Positions 48,841 through 60,000 of a DNA stretch of 64,000 nt are shown here, one piece after another. The notes under the pieces were generated by a model, which worked only from the letters and a program-made list of their open reading frames with translations, was not told the DNA's origin and ran no database searches. This DNA comes from Candidatus Poribacteria bacterium (GTDB lineage: Bacteria; Poribacteria; WGA-4E; PCPOR2b), in NCBI GenBank assembly GCA_965208325.1, contig OZ242326.1:1248001-1312000 (forward strand). The letters run 5' to 3'. Within the stretch, counting starts at the first letter, position 1, and the number at the start of each line of letters is the position of its first letter. Both the position numbers and the translations under genes were made by a program.

Positions 48841-49704
48841 GTGGCTCCTAACGTAATGCCAATTCCGCAAGATTTTACTAAGGTGACGCTAATCACTGGC
48901 GGCAGCAAGGGTATCGGGTCCGGATGCGCGCGGGTCTTTGTCGAAGCCGGCGCCCCCGTCGTAATTTGCGCCAGAGGCAGAGAAGCCGGAGAGGCGTTGG
49001 CGGCAGAACTAAACTCTCAAGGATCGGGCGAATGCCATTTTCGGCAGTGCGATGTATCCGTACCAGAAGACATTTATCGAGTCATAGACTGGACTGTTGA
49101 CAAGTATGGACGCTTGGACTGTCTGATTAATAACGCCGGTATGCATCCACCGCATAGAGCGATAGATGAATTTTCGGTCGAAGATTTTAAGCAATTGTTG
49201 GACCTGAACTTGGTCAGCTATTTTGCCGCCTCCAAGTACGCCCTGCCGCATCTGAGAGAGGTTCGCGGCAGCATCATCAATATGGGAAGCTTGGTCGGAA
49301 CTATGGGGCAGCAGTTGGCGACTATCTATTGCGCGACCAAGGGCGGCATCAGTGCGTTCACCAAAGCGCTTGCTATTGAGGAAGCGCGGCACGGCGTACG
49401 CGTCAACGCGGTGCTGCCGGGCAACATCTTGTCAAACAGCCGTGTCGAGGGGGTGGCTCAATCGGAGAACCCTGAAGAACTCGATAAGCTGGTAGATAGC
49501 TGGCAGTGGGCGGGACGCAGCGGTTCAAATGAGGAAGCCGGTTATGTCTGCCTGTTTCTAGCGAGCGATTGGGCAAGTTATGTCACCGGTATTGACCTGG
49601 TCATTAGCGGTGGGTCGGAACTGGGGTACGGGGTCAAAGCGCCGTGGAAGATAGGGTTGGATTTGGTAAAATCACAGTATCCTGATCCCGTTCATCCGAT
49701 GTAA
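48841..49704 (+). CDS. SDR oxidoreductase, HSD17B14/L-fucose dehydrogenase-like
   Basis: TGGSKGIG, NNAGMHPP, YCATKG, SGGSELGYG. Confidence 0.85.
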   Translation: MAPNVMPIPQDFTKVTLITGGSKGIGSGCARVFVEAGAPVVICARGREAGEALAAELNSQGSGECHFRQCDVSVPEDIYRVIDWTVDKYGRLDCLINNAGMHPPHRAIDEFSVEDFKQLLDLNLVSYFAASKYALPHLREVRGSIINMGSLVGTMGQQLATIYCATKGGISAFTKALAIEEARHGVRVNAVLPGNILSNSRVEGVAQSENPEELDKLVDSWQWAGRSGSNEEAGYVCLFLASDWASYVTGIDLVISGGSELGYGVKAPWKIGLDLVKSQYPDPVHPM

Positions 49705-49915
49705 ATTGGGTCATATTTGCATTTTTAAATTAGAAACAACCTGCTTTTTTAGGATAGTGCACAAATCGTTAATAAACTGCGGTGGTTCGGTTTCCTAGTC
49801 TAAACGGTACTATCCAGTCCCTAGATGCGGTTAGATATCGCACCTACCGAATCATGTTTAAAATGGATGAAATGGACTTTAACATGAGGCAAAATGAAAT
49901 TAGGAGAATTTTTTT

Positions 49916-50698
49916 ATGGGTCAAGCAATTAACAAGTTTCGAGAGAAACTCAAGTCAGGAACAATCTGCCTCGGACCGGGCATCACGCTAACGGATCCAC
50001 TCGTTACCGATGCATTGGGCGACTCGGTAGATTTTTTTTGGATTGACTTAGAACATAGTTTAATGAGCCCTGAAGCGCTCAACGGGCACCTCTTGTCGGC
50101 GCGTGCTAGGGAAGTCGCTTCTCTAGTCCGTGTGAGCGGCAGCGCAACACCGTTTATCAAGCCGGTGCTGGATGCGGGCGCGGACGGGATAGTTGTGCCG
50201 CAGGTTAAGACTGCGGAAGAGGTGCGGCAAGTTATCCGCGATTGCCACTATCCTCCGCTAGGCACCCGCGGCTTCGGTCCGCGAGTGCCGTCCAATTACG
50301 GCCGTGAGGGCGGGAGTGAATACGTTGACCGCGCCAATGCAGACATCTTCGTTGCTGTCCAGATTGAAACTATGGGCGCGCTGGAAGCTATCGACGAGAT
50401 TGTAGCCATACCGGGAATAGATTCTTTAGTCATTGGTCCCCAGGACCTTTCGGGGGCGTTGGGACTGCTCGGCGATGTCGAACATCCCAAAGTCGTCGCC
50501 GCGATTGAAACGATAGTCAAGAAGGCGCGCGATGCCGGGCTGTTTGTCGGCGCGGGAATGGGAACAGACCCAGACTACGCTTACATTATGGCGAAACGCG
50601 GCGTGCAATGGCTTCAGATAGGCGGCGACTTTGGATACCTAATCGCTTACATGGACGAACTCAATTTGTCAGTGCGAAGCAGGATAGAGAACGCATAA
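49916..50698 (+). CDS. HpcH/HpaI-family aldolase
   Basis: WIDLEH, LDAGADGIVVPQV, YPPLGTRG, QIET, IGPQDLS. Confidence 0.92.
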   Translation: MGQAINKFREKLKSGTICLGPGITLTDPLVTDALGDSVDFFWIDLEHSLMSPEALNGHLLSARAREVASLVRVSGSATPFIKPVLDAGADGIVVPQVKTAEEVRQVIRDCHYPPLGTRGFGPRVPSNYGREGGSEYVDRANADIFVAVQIETMGALEAIDEIVAIPGIDSLVIGPQDLSGALGLLGDVEHPKVVAAIETIVKKARDAGLFVGAGMGTDPDYAYIMAKRGVQWLQIGGDFGYLIAYMDELNLSVRSRIENA

Positions 50699-50726
50699 GA
50701 TAAATAGGCACGGGAGGTATAGCACT

Positions 50727-51650
50727 ATGCTGATTGACGCACACGCGCACATTTTCCCCGAAGTGAACGGGATGAATGCAGCGGGCCCCACGCGCGGGTT
50801 AGGTTACGGGCGTGTCACGATTGGGGATCAACCGCTTCAACTATTTCCGCCCAACGGTGCGAAAACCGTAGTCACTCCCGAAATGCTTTTGGCATACATG
50901 GATTGGGGCGGAGTTGACAAGACGATGCTGCTTCAGGGTCCGTTTTACGGTGAGTGCGACCAATACGTCCTGGACGCCATGAATCGTTATCCGGACCGCT
51001 TTATGGGCGCTGCTTACCTCGATCCTTGGGCGTCGGATTGCCGTGATGCATTGGACAGAATTACCGCGTTATCGGGTTTCCGCGCCGTAAAAATGGAGTG
51101 TTCTGAAGCTTCAGGGCTGTGCGGGATTCACCCCGAGGGAAGGCTGGATGCGCCTGATATCATATGGATTTGGCATGAACTTGAGCGCCGCGATTGGGTA
51201 CTCGTTTTCGATTTGGGTGCGGTAGGCAGCCGTTCTTATCAGACAAGTGCGGTGCGCGGAATTGCGGAATCGCACCCCAAGCTTCGAATTGTAATTGCGC
51301 ATTTGGGGCAGCCGAACACACGAGTTGAGTCCGACCCGGAACTTTGGGGGTTGTGGCAGGAACAGATAGATTTGGGTACGTTACCCAATGTATGGTTTGA
51401 CAATTCCGCAGTGCCGGCTTACCTTGCGGATGAAGGCTACCCGTTCCCGAGTGCGGAGCGGTATATGCGTTTAGCAATCGACCGCATTGGCCCGTCAAAG
51501 CTGATGTGGGGTACGGATGTCCCGGGGCTATTATCACAAGCGACCTATCCGCAACTCGTGAAGTTAGCCGAACTGCACACGCATTTTCTATCCTCGGGCG
51601 AACAAGCTATGGTGCTCGGCGGTACGGCGATGCAGGTGTATGGGGGATGA
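50727..51650 (+). CDS. Amidohydrolase_2-family protein (possible lactonase)
   Basis: IDAHAH, IVIAHLG, LMWGTDVP. Confidence 0.88.
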   Translation: MLIDAHAHIFPEVNGMNAAGPTRGLGYGRVTIGDQPLQLFPPNGAKTVVTPEMLLAYMDWGGVDKTMLLQGPFYGECDQYVLDAMNRYPDRFMGAAYLDPWASDCRDALDRITALSGFRAVKMECSEASGLCGIHPEGRLDAPDIIWIWHELERRDWVLVFDLGAVGSRSYQTSAVRGIAESHPKLRIVIAHLGQPNTRVESDPELWGLWQEQIDLGTLPNVWFDNSAVPAYLADEGYPFPSAERYMRLAIDRIGPSKLMWGTDVPGLLSQATYPQLVKLAELHTHFLSSGEQAMVLGGTAMQVYGG

Positions 51651-52021
51651 GGTAATCTCAAAATAACCGCTTACATCAACAGACGATCTGTCCGGTAATT
51701 ATACGCTTTTATCGCCGAGTCAGGATGGTAATAACGGTGTCTAAGTAAGATTGCATCTAATCGCAATTGGAGAACCGTTATTTGATGGACGCAACATGAC
51801 GTGTAAGATAAACATTATAGGCGTTAAATCTTTTACGCACCAACAACGGTTCAAACTTGACATTTAACCGGGTAAAATTTGGTTTATTGATTGGGGCGTA
51901 GTTAGCGAGGGCGGGAAGTATCATTGGGACGGGCATCGTCCTGTGATTTATTATGACGCCGCTTTGATCCATGATGTGCTGTCGTTGAAATTGGATTAGT
52001 TTTACGCTATTCCATATAAAT

Positions 52022-52723
52022 TCAACTTGAATTCGCATTGGATGCAACACGCACTTGTTGCATGAGTACATTCAACCTCTGGCGATCTCGTATACCCTTC
52101 TCCGATTCAACGCCGGAACAGAGATCGATTCCAAAAGGACGGACGTTTTCAATCGCCGCCTTGACATTTTCAGGGCGAATTCCGCCCGCCAAGAACGCGG
52201 GAATTTTTGAATCGCCTATTAGTTGCCTTGCAAGTTTCCAATCGCTAGTCTTGCCGGTACCGCCAAATCGAGCTCTTCCCGCGCCGAAATCGACTGTGTC
52301 GAACAACAGGGCATCTGCCCCAGCGTCGACGTAAGTTTTTGCTTTTGCATTGATGGCACGAGCATCAAATTCTCTCCCGGCATCTGACGGCAAAAAAAGC
52401 GATTTCCAGACTTCGCACGACAGCACCCGTTTCAATCTAAAGATTTCATCGGGCGTTTCATCTCCAAGCAGTTGAAGCGCAAAAGGATTTATCTTGCCCA
52501 CGGCTTTTTCAATCCAGTCTACCGGCCGATTATATATCAGCACGACCGTTGAAATCTTGGTAAAACGTGCAATTTCGGCAGCGTGATAAACAGAAACAGA
52601 CCGCTCGGAAACAGACGCTTCAACTACTATCCCGGTGTAATCCGCCTCGGCCTCGGCTGCCATCTGCGCGTCTACAATATTGGTTGTACCGCATATTTTG
52701 ACTTTGCAGCGAGTATTTGTCAT
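52022..52723 (-). CDS. trpF: Phosphoribosylanthranilate isomerase
   Basis: KVKICG, LLFDT, GGTGKTSDW, FLAGGIRPENV, IDLCSGVE; start at Met 52723. Confidence 0.9.
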   Translation of the reverse strand: MTNTRCKVKICGTTNIVDAQMAAEAEADYTGIVVEASVSERSVSVYHAAEIARFTKISTVVLIYNRPVDWIEKAVGKINPFALQLLGDETPDEIFRLKRVLSCEVWKSLFLPSDAGREFDARAINAKAKTYVDAGADALLFDTVDFGAGRARFGGTGKTSDWKLARQLIGDSKIPAFLAGGIRPENVKAAIENVRPFGIDLCSGVESEKGIRDRQRLNVLMQQVRVASNANSS

Positions 52724-52905
52724 ACAATTCAAGCTCGCTTTCATTTTGCAGATTATTACTTTTATACAGCCGTTGCTAACGAAGCAGTATTTACCACCTT
52801 CGTTGCAGTGGCGCATTCCGCATCCACCGAAACTCCGATTCGTCACCTACCGGTACTCGCGACATCATTACTAGTAGGTTAAGGCTTTGCGCAAAATACT
52901 GGTGA

Positions 52906-53655
52906 TTACAGATTGAGCACATCACGCATGAATCGACAGCTCATGGTGATACTGTCGTTGGGTGCTTTGTCAGTCCGATCCTGCTCGACCATCAACCACT
53001 CCACGTCAACTTCGTCGACTGCCCGCATAATTGCCTCCCAATCGAGAATTCCGTGCCCAACTTCTCCGAAAGAGCCGTCAGGGTTCATATCTTTGAAGTG
53101 AAGATAGGCAACTCGATGCGCATACCGCATTAAAAACTCCGCGGGGTCGTCACCGCCGCTCTTTACCCAATACGTGTCGACACAAGCATGCACATATTGT
53201 GGATCTGTCGATTCATACAGTTTCACGATTCCGGTGGTCCCGCCAAAATCCTTAAATTCCCAATTGTGATTGTGGTAGCAAAGTTTTATTCCCGCATTGT
53301 TGCAACGTCGTCCAACCTCGTTGAAGACTTCAGCGGCGCGCTCATAGTCATCAAGCGAGTCGTTTCCACCAACACCGGAAACCATGAGGTAGCCACACCC
53401 CGCCGCCTCTGCGGCTTTAATCATGCCGTCAAAATGCTCAGGGCTGCCGTAACCGGTGTGAACGCCTGCTGTCACTAAATTGTGGGACGATAGCAGGCCA
53501 TTTACTTCCTCAATTGACCGTCCTCCTGCGGTCGGGTCTCCGGTTTCTATACCATCGTAGCCGGCAGCGGAAATTTCGGTGAGGACGCCTGGGAGATCGT
53601 TGCTTGGGCGATCGCCGTAGATTATGAAATGACAACCAACTTTATACTTGCTCAT
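52906..53655 (-). CDS. Sugar phosphate isomerase/epimerase (IolE-like TIM barrel)
   Basis: YHNHNWEF, DTYW, LHFKD, EVGHG, VEQD. Confidence 0.88.
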   Translation of the reverse strand: MSKYKVGCHFIIYGDRPSNDLPGVLTEISAAGYDGIETGDPTAGGRSIEEVNGLLSSHNLVTAGVHTGYGSPEHFDGMIKAAEAAGCGYLMVSGVGGNDSLDDYERAAEVFNEVGRRCNNAGIKLCYHNHNWEFKDFGGTTGIVKLYESTDPQYVHACVDTYWVKSGGDDPAEFLMRYAHRVAYLHFKDMNPDGSFGEVGHGILDWEAIMRAVDEVDVEWLMVEQDRTDKAPNDSITMSCRFMRDVLNL

Positions 53656-53931
53656 AGCACCCCTCCTCATGTTGTACGGAATTTCGCAGAAATTTTAATT
53701 GAAAACTTTAAGTGGCATCGACGCTCTCTAAACTGAAAGTGTTAAAATTTAGTATGCGTTGCGAATTTTACAAAATGACACACATTCGGTACGTCATTCT
53801 TTGCGCCCGTTATCAATCATTCAATTTCTTGCGAAAACGCAAATTACTAAAGCTGAATTATTCACTCAAGAAAGATACCATTTCAATATGCAATACCGCA
53901 AGAGATTTATGAGATTGCTAGTTTTTGTGTC

Positions 53932-53960
53932 TTGACAAGATTTCTTGACTGTGATAGAAT
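53932..53960 (+). promoter_or_regulatory. Sigma70-type promoter for the giant permease operon
   Basis: TTGACA-N17-TAGAAT with extended TG. Confidence 0.6.
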
Positions 53961-54075
53961 CTCAACGATTTTCGTAAGGTGCGAGAAACTGCCCAAAATT
54001 GTACGATCCCCAAATTCATCATTCGACCTATCTTCGCCTTGTGCAAACAAGGAGACAATCAACGGAGAACAAAAC

Positions 54076-57000
54076 ATGACTGCGAGAAACTCGTTTGTCT
54101 GTGTTATAGGATTTTTCCTGCTCACCTTGATTTCCTCGCAGATGCTGTTAGCATCCGAAGGAGACCAATCCATCGGCCTTTCAGAAATTGCTGTTGAGAT
54201 TCGGGATCAGGTGGATATCGGCAGTATGCGAAAGGACATCGCACGGCTTTCTAGCCTATCGAGCCGCGTGACGGGTTATCCCGAAGCGGCTTCCGCCAGC
54301 AAATACATCTTCGACCGGTTTGCAGAGATAGGCTTGCAGAATGTCGAAAGCCGCGAATTCCCAATCACCGTTCCGATGGACCATGGCGACGGAACGCTTG
54401 CGGTGCTTGATGAACACGAGAATGCGATCGTGACGATTGATTTGCGGTCGGTTTGGCCAAACCTCGTCCGAACCTCACTACTTCCCACAGGAATTAAACA
54501 TCTGGTTGAAGGCGGAGAATCCTTAGAGGCAATTGCTCAATCCTACCGCGTTGACATTCAATCCATTCTTGATGACCCTCACAATAAGTTTCTCCAAGAT
54601 CAGGCGACCGACGGGCGGGACAACAACGGCGATGGATTGGTCGATGAACCCGGGGAATTCGCGTTGATAGACGGAAATAAGATATTTATACCTACCGGCG
54701 GATTAACCGCGCCGCTTTTTTACGGCGGCGGCGGCGAATTGGTAGACTTCAATGGAAAAGACATCGGCGGTTTTTGGTACGAGGTTCAGCCGGGTGATAC
54801 CCTGCGAGACATTGCCCATCGCTTTCGCGTCGGCGTCGGGAGCATCACCGATGATGTACTAAACGGTCATCTTCAGAAAACCGAGGACGGTATTGATAAC
54901 AACGAGAATGGTCAAATTGATGAATACGGGGAAATCCCACTCCTCGCGGATATTTTGCATTGGGATACAGACGGCATTGATAACGACGCGGACGGCTTTA
55001 TTGATGAGCAACCCGGCGGAGAGACGGACGGCATAGACAACAACAACGACGGACGTATTGACGAGGATGGCGAGTTCATCGCTGCTTACGAATCGAGCAT
55101 CTTTATACCTCGCGGCAGCGTAGTATTGATCGATTTCAACTCCAGTACCAAATGGATTAACGCAGCAATGCTCGGCGCGAAGGCGGTAGTTTTCATTGAA
55201 CCGGAAACCACAATTCGCGGTGAAGCAGAGAATAAGTTCCTGACTGTTCCCGCCAACATACCGCGGTTTTGGATTTCTCGGACGGATGCTGAAAAACTGT
55301 TAACGATGCTTGGTGAAACTTCCGACCCTACCTCATCCGGCGGCGAACAACATAAGGAGGCCAGGGACGTCACTGTCCGTCTCAGTGCAACGATGACTTG
55401 GGAACGACGAATTGGGCAGAATATCCGCGGTTTTCTTGATGGAGGCGATCCAGCACTCAAGGATGAACTTGTCGTAATCACGGCGTATTATGACTCCATG
55501 TCGGTTGTTCCTGCGATTGCGCCAGGCGCTGATCCTACCGGTGGGATCGCTGCGCTTCTCGAATTAGCGCGCATTTTTAGCAAAGCAGAATTCCGGCCGG
55601 GGCGTTCAATACTGTTCGTTGCTGCGGACGCACATTTTCAGGGGTTGGCAGGAATGCGAGCGTTCATGGAGGGGATTGGCCAAGATGTTGTGGGGCGCGA
55701 AGCCGATTCACCCGGAACGCCAACCATGCGCGGACTGCGACGGGGTTTAGCAGCAGACCTGTTTGAATTTAAAGAACTCGGCCGCAAGCTGTTGCTGTCT
55801 ATAGATAGGAACGTATTGGTGGATTTGCCTCCGAATTTCTTTTACGAAGTCCATCAACTTGACGCTGCCCTCGATTCACTCCAAATTACATTAGGCGATC
55901 TTGAAGGGACTCGAGGCCGTGTCGAATGGTTAAGGGACGCTCAAAGGGATTATAAAGAAAAACAGAAGAAGAAACTAGAAACTACTAAAAAACGCGAAAA
56001 ACAGGGTTTTACCCAAGAGGAGCATTCCCGCCTCGAAATAAACCTGGCTAAGTACAAAAAGGATGCGTTACAGACTACCCAATTTTTGCGATCTGTAGTC
56101 AGACGTGTGGATAATTTACGTTCTCAAGCCTTGGAAGAGTCTCGAAAGGCGCAACGGGATCTGATTGAGAATATCGCGTTGCCGATGGCGCGGCTTGATG
56201 AGTGGGCGATTACCAAGCTAGAGGCCGATCTGGCGGCGAAAAACATCGGTGGCAACTACGACCGAACGGCTGACAGTTCCTACCTTCAGCCGAATGCGGA
56301 CGAAGACGGAAATTACCACCTACAGGTACCGTCCGATTTGGTTGGCACGCCTTTGGCAGAAGCAGTGATTCGGCTTTCCGGCCATTTAGAGGATTGGGAA
56401 CTCAAAGACCGCCGAAAGTTTGCGCTTCAATATGCTCAAGAACAACTCCTGGATCGGCATCTCGATTTTCACGGCTTGGAACAGATAAAAGAAGCCCGCA
56501 CAATTGTACATCGCGCGACTAGAGCCTTAAGCGAGTACATTGCCGAAGAGGAACAGGTCTTATTCCGCACGCTCCAAAAGATACCTTCCGATTCAGACTC
56601 GGCGTCACGCATCAAAACCGCCATTAACAGTTTACGAAGGGATGCTGCATATGCTCCGGATGATATAGACACGATTGTCGGTCCATTCCTTGGCGAATCC
56701 AGTCTCGACCGATTCAAGACCATTCAAAAACAGCTTCGTCAAAAATTGGCGGAAATCGAGACCGCCGATGCCGGCGCAGTAGATCGAGAATCGCATGCCA
56801 TTTTCATTGAAGAACTGACTAAAGATAAACAAGCCATCTTCGAAACCGCCATGCGAAATGCAAGACTTGAACGGCAGCGAATTGAGTCGCTTTTGGAATT
56901 GCAACGCCACGCGTCGTTGAACCGACCGTATCTTGAGGAAGAATTACTGGTGTTGAGCCACTACCTTCCAGCCGACGAAGTTGACACGGCGATAGAGGTA

Positions 57001-60000
57001 CGCGCCCAGGTTGTCGCACAACTGGAGCAACAACGTCTGCTTCGGCTAGTTAAACAGCGTGCGAAGAACGATGTTGTAGAACTTCAGAATATGTTAAACC
57101 GCTTAGACGAACTCGACCGAGATCTTCCAGAAGAGATGAAGACGCTGCTTCGCGATAACATGCTAACGCTGCGAAATGCCAGATTCCGTAACATCCAAAA
57201 ACGGGTGCAGGTGATTGCACGAATTAGCAAGTCGGAATATGACCGGAAAGTTACCAACATCGAGCAGGCAATTGCCCTACAAGACCTTTTCAACCGCTAC
57301 TATACCTCGTTGTTTGTTTCTATCGACTTATCTACCCAAAATGACAAATTTGGTGTGTTCAACAAAGGTTGGTTCTACGACCAGCAACCTGAATTTGTGC
57401 TGCGGCGCGAGTTTGCTTTCATCGGCAACAAACTCGCCGAGTATGCCGAGGATGTAGATTTTGGCGTCCGTATTAACAACCTTTGGACGTTTACGGACGA
57501 TCAGATTCGGCAGGCGGTGATGAACAGTCAATGGGAAATCGCATCTGGCATTGAGTCCAAACAGGCGATAGAGGGCAAATCGTTGGAGACGCTGATTGAC
57601 GAACACTACACGACGTTAGTCAAACTTTCCGGCGTTTCGCGTTTAATGAAGATGCAGTTTGAACAGATGAGAGACCGAGGCGAACCGTCTGAAGATATGC
57701 TGAAGGATATGGACTATATCCGTAAGGAGGTCGAGCGATTCATCCGAAACGATCAGCGCGAAGCCCGAAAAGAACGCAAAAACAGTATTCGCCTCTTCAA
57801 TCGGCTGCCTGCAATGCTTGCCCTTCGGAAAGTGAAACCGTCCGATTTGACCGAGGAGGAAATTGATGACATCAAGACTCTTATAGACATTGTCGGGTTA
57901 GGAGGGGCTACCAACTTCGTTAACGCTATTTCTGCTTCAGGCGGAAAAACATGGACAACGTATATCCCCGGCAAAATTGCATTTGACAGCGAAGTCGCGA
58001 CGCTAGTCGGTAAAACGGGGATTGCATTTGCCACCATAGATGATGCGCGGGTGCTCACGGACACGCCTTTAGATACAATTGATAAAATGGATTTGAGGGA
58101 AGACGGTAATTTACACAGACAGGCGAAAACGCTCGCAGCAATTCTAATTCAGGCGATGCGGGACCCGAAGATGCCGACCGCGGCGCGTGTAGGCAACTTC
58201 TATTGTAATCTGTTTGGCGACGTTGTAGAGTACGATGCACGCGAAAGCGCTTTGCCGAACAAACCGGTGCCGCATCCAATTCTTACGCTGCGGCGTAAAA
58301 ACAAGACAATGATGGGTGTTCGCGGCGATCTCTTTACGATGGGAGACAACAAAGGCGTGTTCGAAGTGGTCGGATTGGCGATGGAAGGGCGCGCCATTCA
58401 ACGGCGCGGCGGCACGCAAGAGGTCGAAGCGTATATCCTTGATTCCGATTCGGGAGATATTTCCTACGCACCCGATTTGGGCAACTTTGGCGCAGAACTA
58501 CTACCGAATAAGGTGCCTATCACCACACGCCGGCGCGGTTGCCGCATTGTGGTTTTTCCGTGCGTTTCCACCACCATCTACGACTTGGTCGACCAGCGGT
58601 ATTTGCGGACACTTCGCGAATTGAACGTCTATGATGCGCGAAGCGACAGTCCTCCGGAGAAATACGGCGTTTCCAAGCCGTGGCAACAGCCGATGGTCTC
58701 GGCGACAGAACCGATTGCCTTGGTCTATTCTGAACCGAATTCCCGCATCAAAATCGGCATGGCATACGGCCAAATTGGCAAACGGCTGCTGCTGATTAAA
58801 GCAGGCAAGAGCGGCGCCAAAAACCCGACCCTTTACACTGGAGAAGGGTTCGTCGTGCAGGAAAACGGCTCTGTGCGCCTCACTCCGTACGTCGTCGTGC
58901 GCGACATGTGGTGGCTGGATGAAAACCGCACCAGCCTTTACAAACGGTTCGGTATTAGCAGTGATCGACTCGACAAACTACACCTTTTTTCGAACGAACA
59001 TTTAGAACAGGCAGAAGTTGCTTTGGATAAAAAGGACTATTCCATGGCGATGAAACTGGCCCGCGGGGCATGGGGCTACGAATCGCGTGCATATCCAGAT
59101 GTTAAAAAGACCGGCAACGATGTGGTTAACGGTGTTATGTTCTATCTCGCACTGCTAATCCCGTTTGCGTACTTTATGGAACGCCTAATTTTCGCATTTC
59201 CGGATGTTCACAAACAGATTCTCGGTGTGTTTGCCATCTTTCTCGTAGTGTTCTTTTTCCTCTCGCAAGCACATCCAGCCTTCCAGATTACCACGACGCC
59301 AGTTATTATACTAATTGCCTTCGTTGTGTTAGCATTAACTGTGATCGTGATAAGTATCATCGTCCGGAAATTTGAGGAGCAGTTAGAACAGATTAAGCAG
59401 GAACGGTCGAAGGTTTATAAAGCGGATGTTGGCCGCCTTGCCGCGTCCGCCGCAGCCTTTAGCCTTGGCATCTCCAATATGCGCAAGCGGAAAGGCCGCA
59501 CTCTCCTTACATGCGCCACGCTGGTAATTTTAACATTCACGGTAATCTCCTTCACATCGGTTCGAACCTTTATGCAACCCAACAGCACCTCTTTGCCTTC
59601 TGTAACGCCCAAATACACGGGGATGCTGATTCGAGATCAATACTGGATTCCATTGGAGGAACCGGTAATTACGTCCGTAACGAACGATATGCGTAAAACG
59701 CGGATTGGCGAAAATGAACTCCGACTCCTGTTGAAAAAGAAAGGGAAGTCGCCCGCTGAAGTTGATTCGCTGCTTGCCTCGGCTAAAATTGATGGGGATA
59801 ATGGTACTGGGGCAGAGGTCAGGTCCTCGACTGCGGCCAGTGGGCTGAAGGATCAAGCGTATATCACGGTGCACAATGTTGTCGCGCCGCGGGCATGGTA
59901 TCAGTCTTCGGGTACCGGCGATCAATCGTTCGTGCAGTTGACGCGTATTGAGAATTCCAAAGATCCTGTGCCGCCGAAAGATCCATTGACCGATGAACCG

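Noticed and set aside
53932..54075. N-terminal extension of the giant ORF
   Set aside because: The TTG is the -35 box of a promoter; the RBS and signal peptide fit Met 54076.
54610..55074. Nucleotide repeats as a possible CRISPR or tandem array
   Set aside because: They are degenerate codings of protein-level DGxDN repeats, with irregular spacing.
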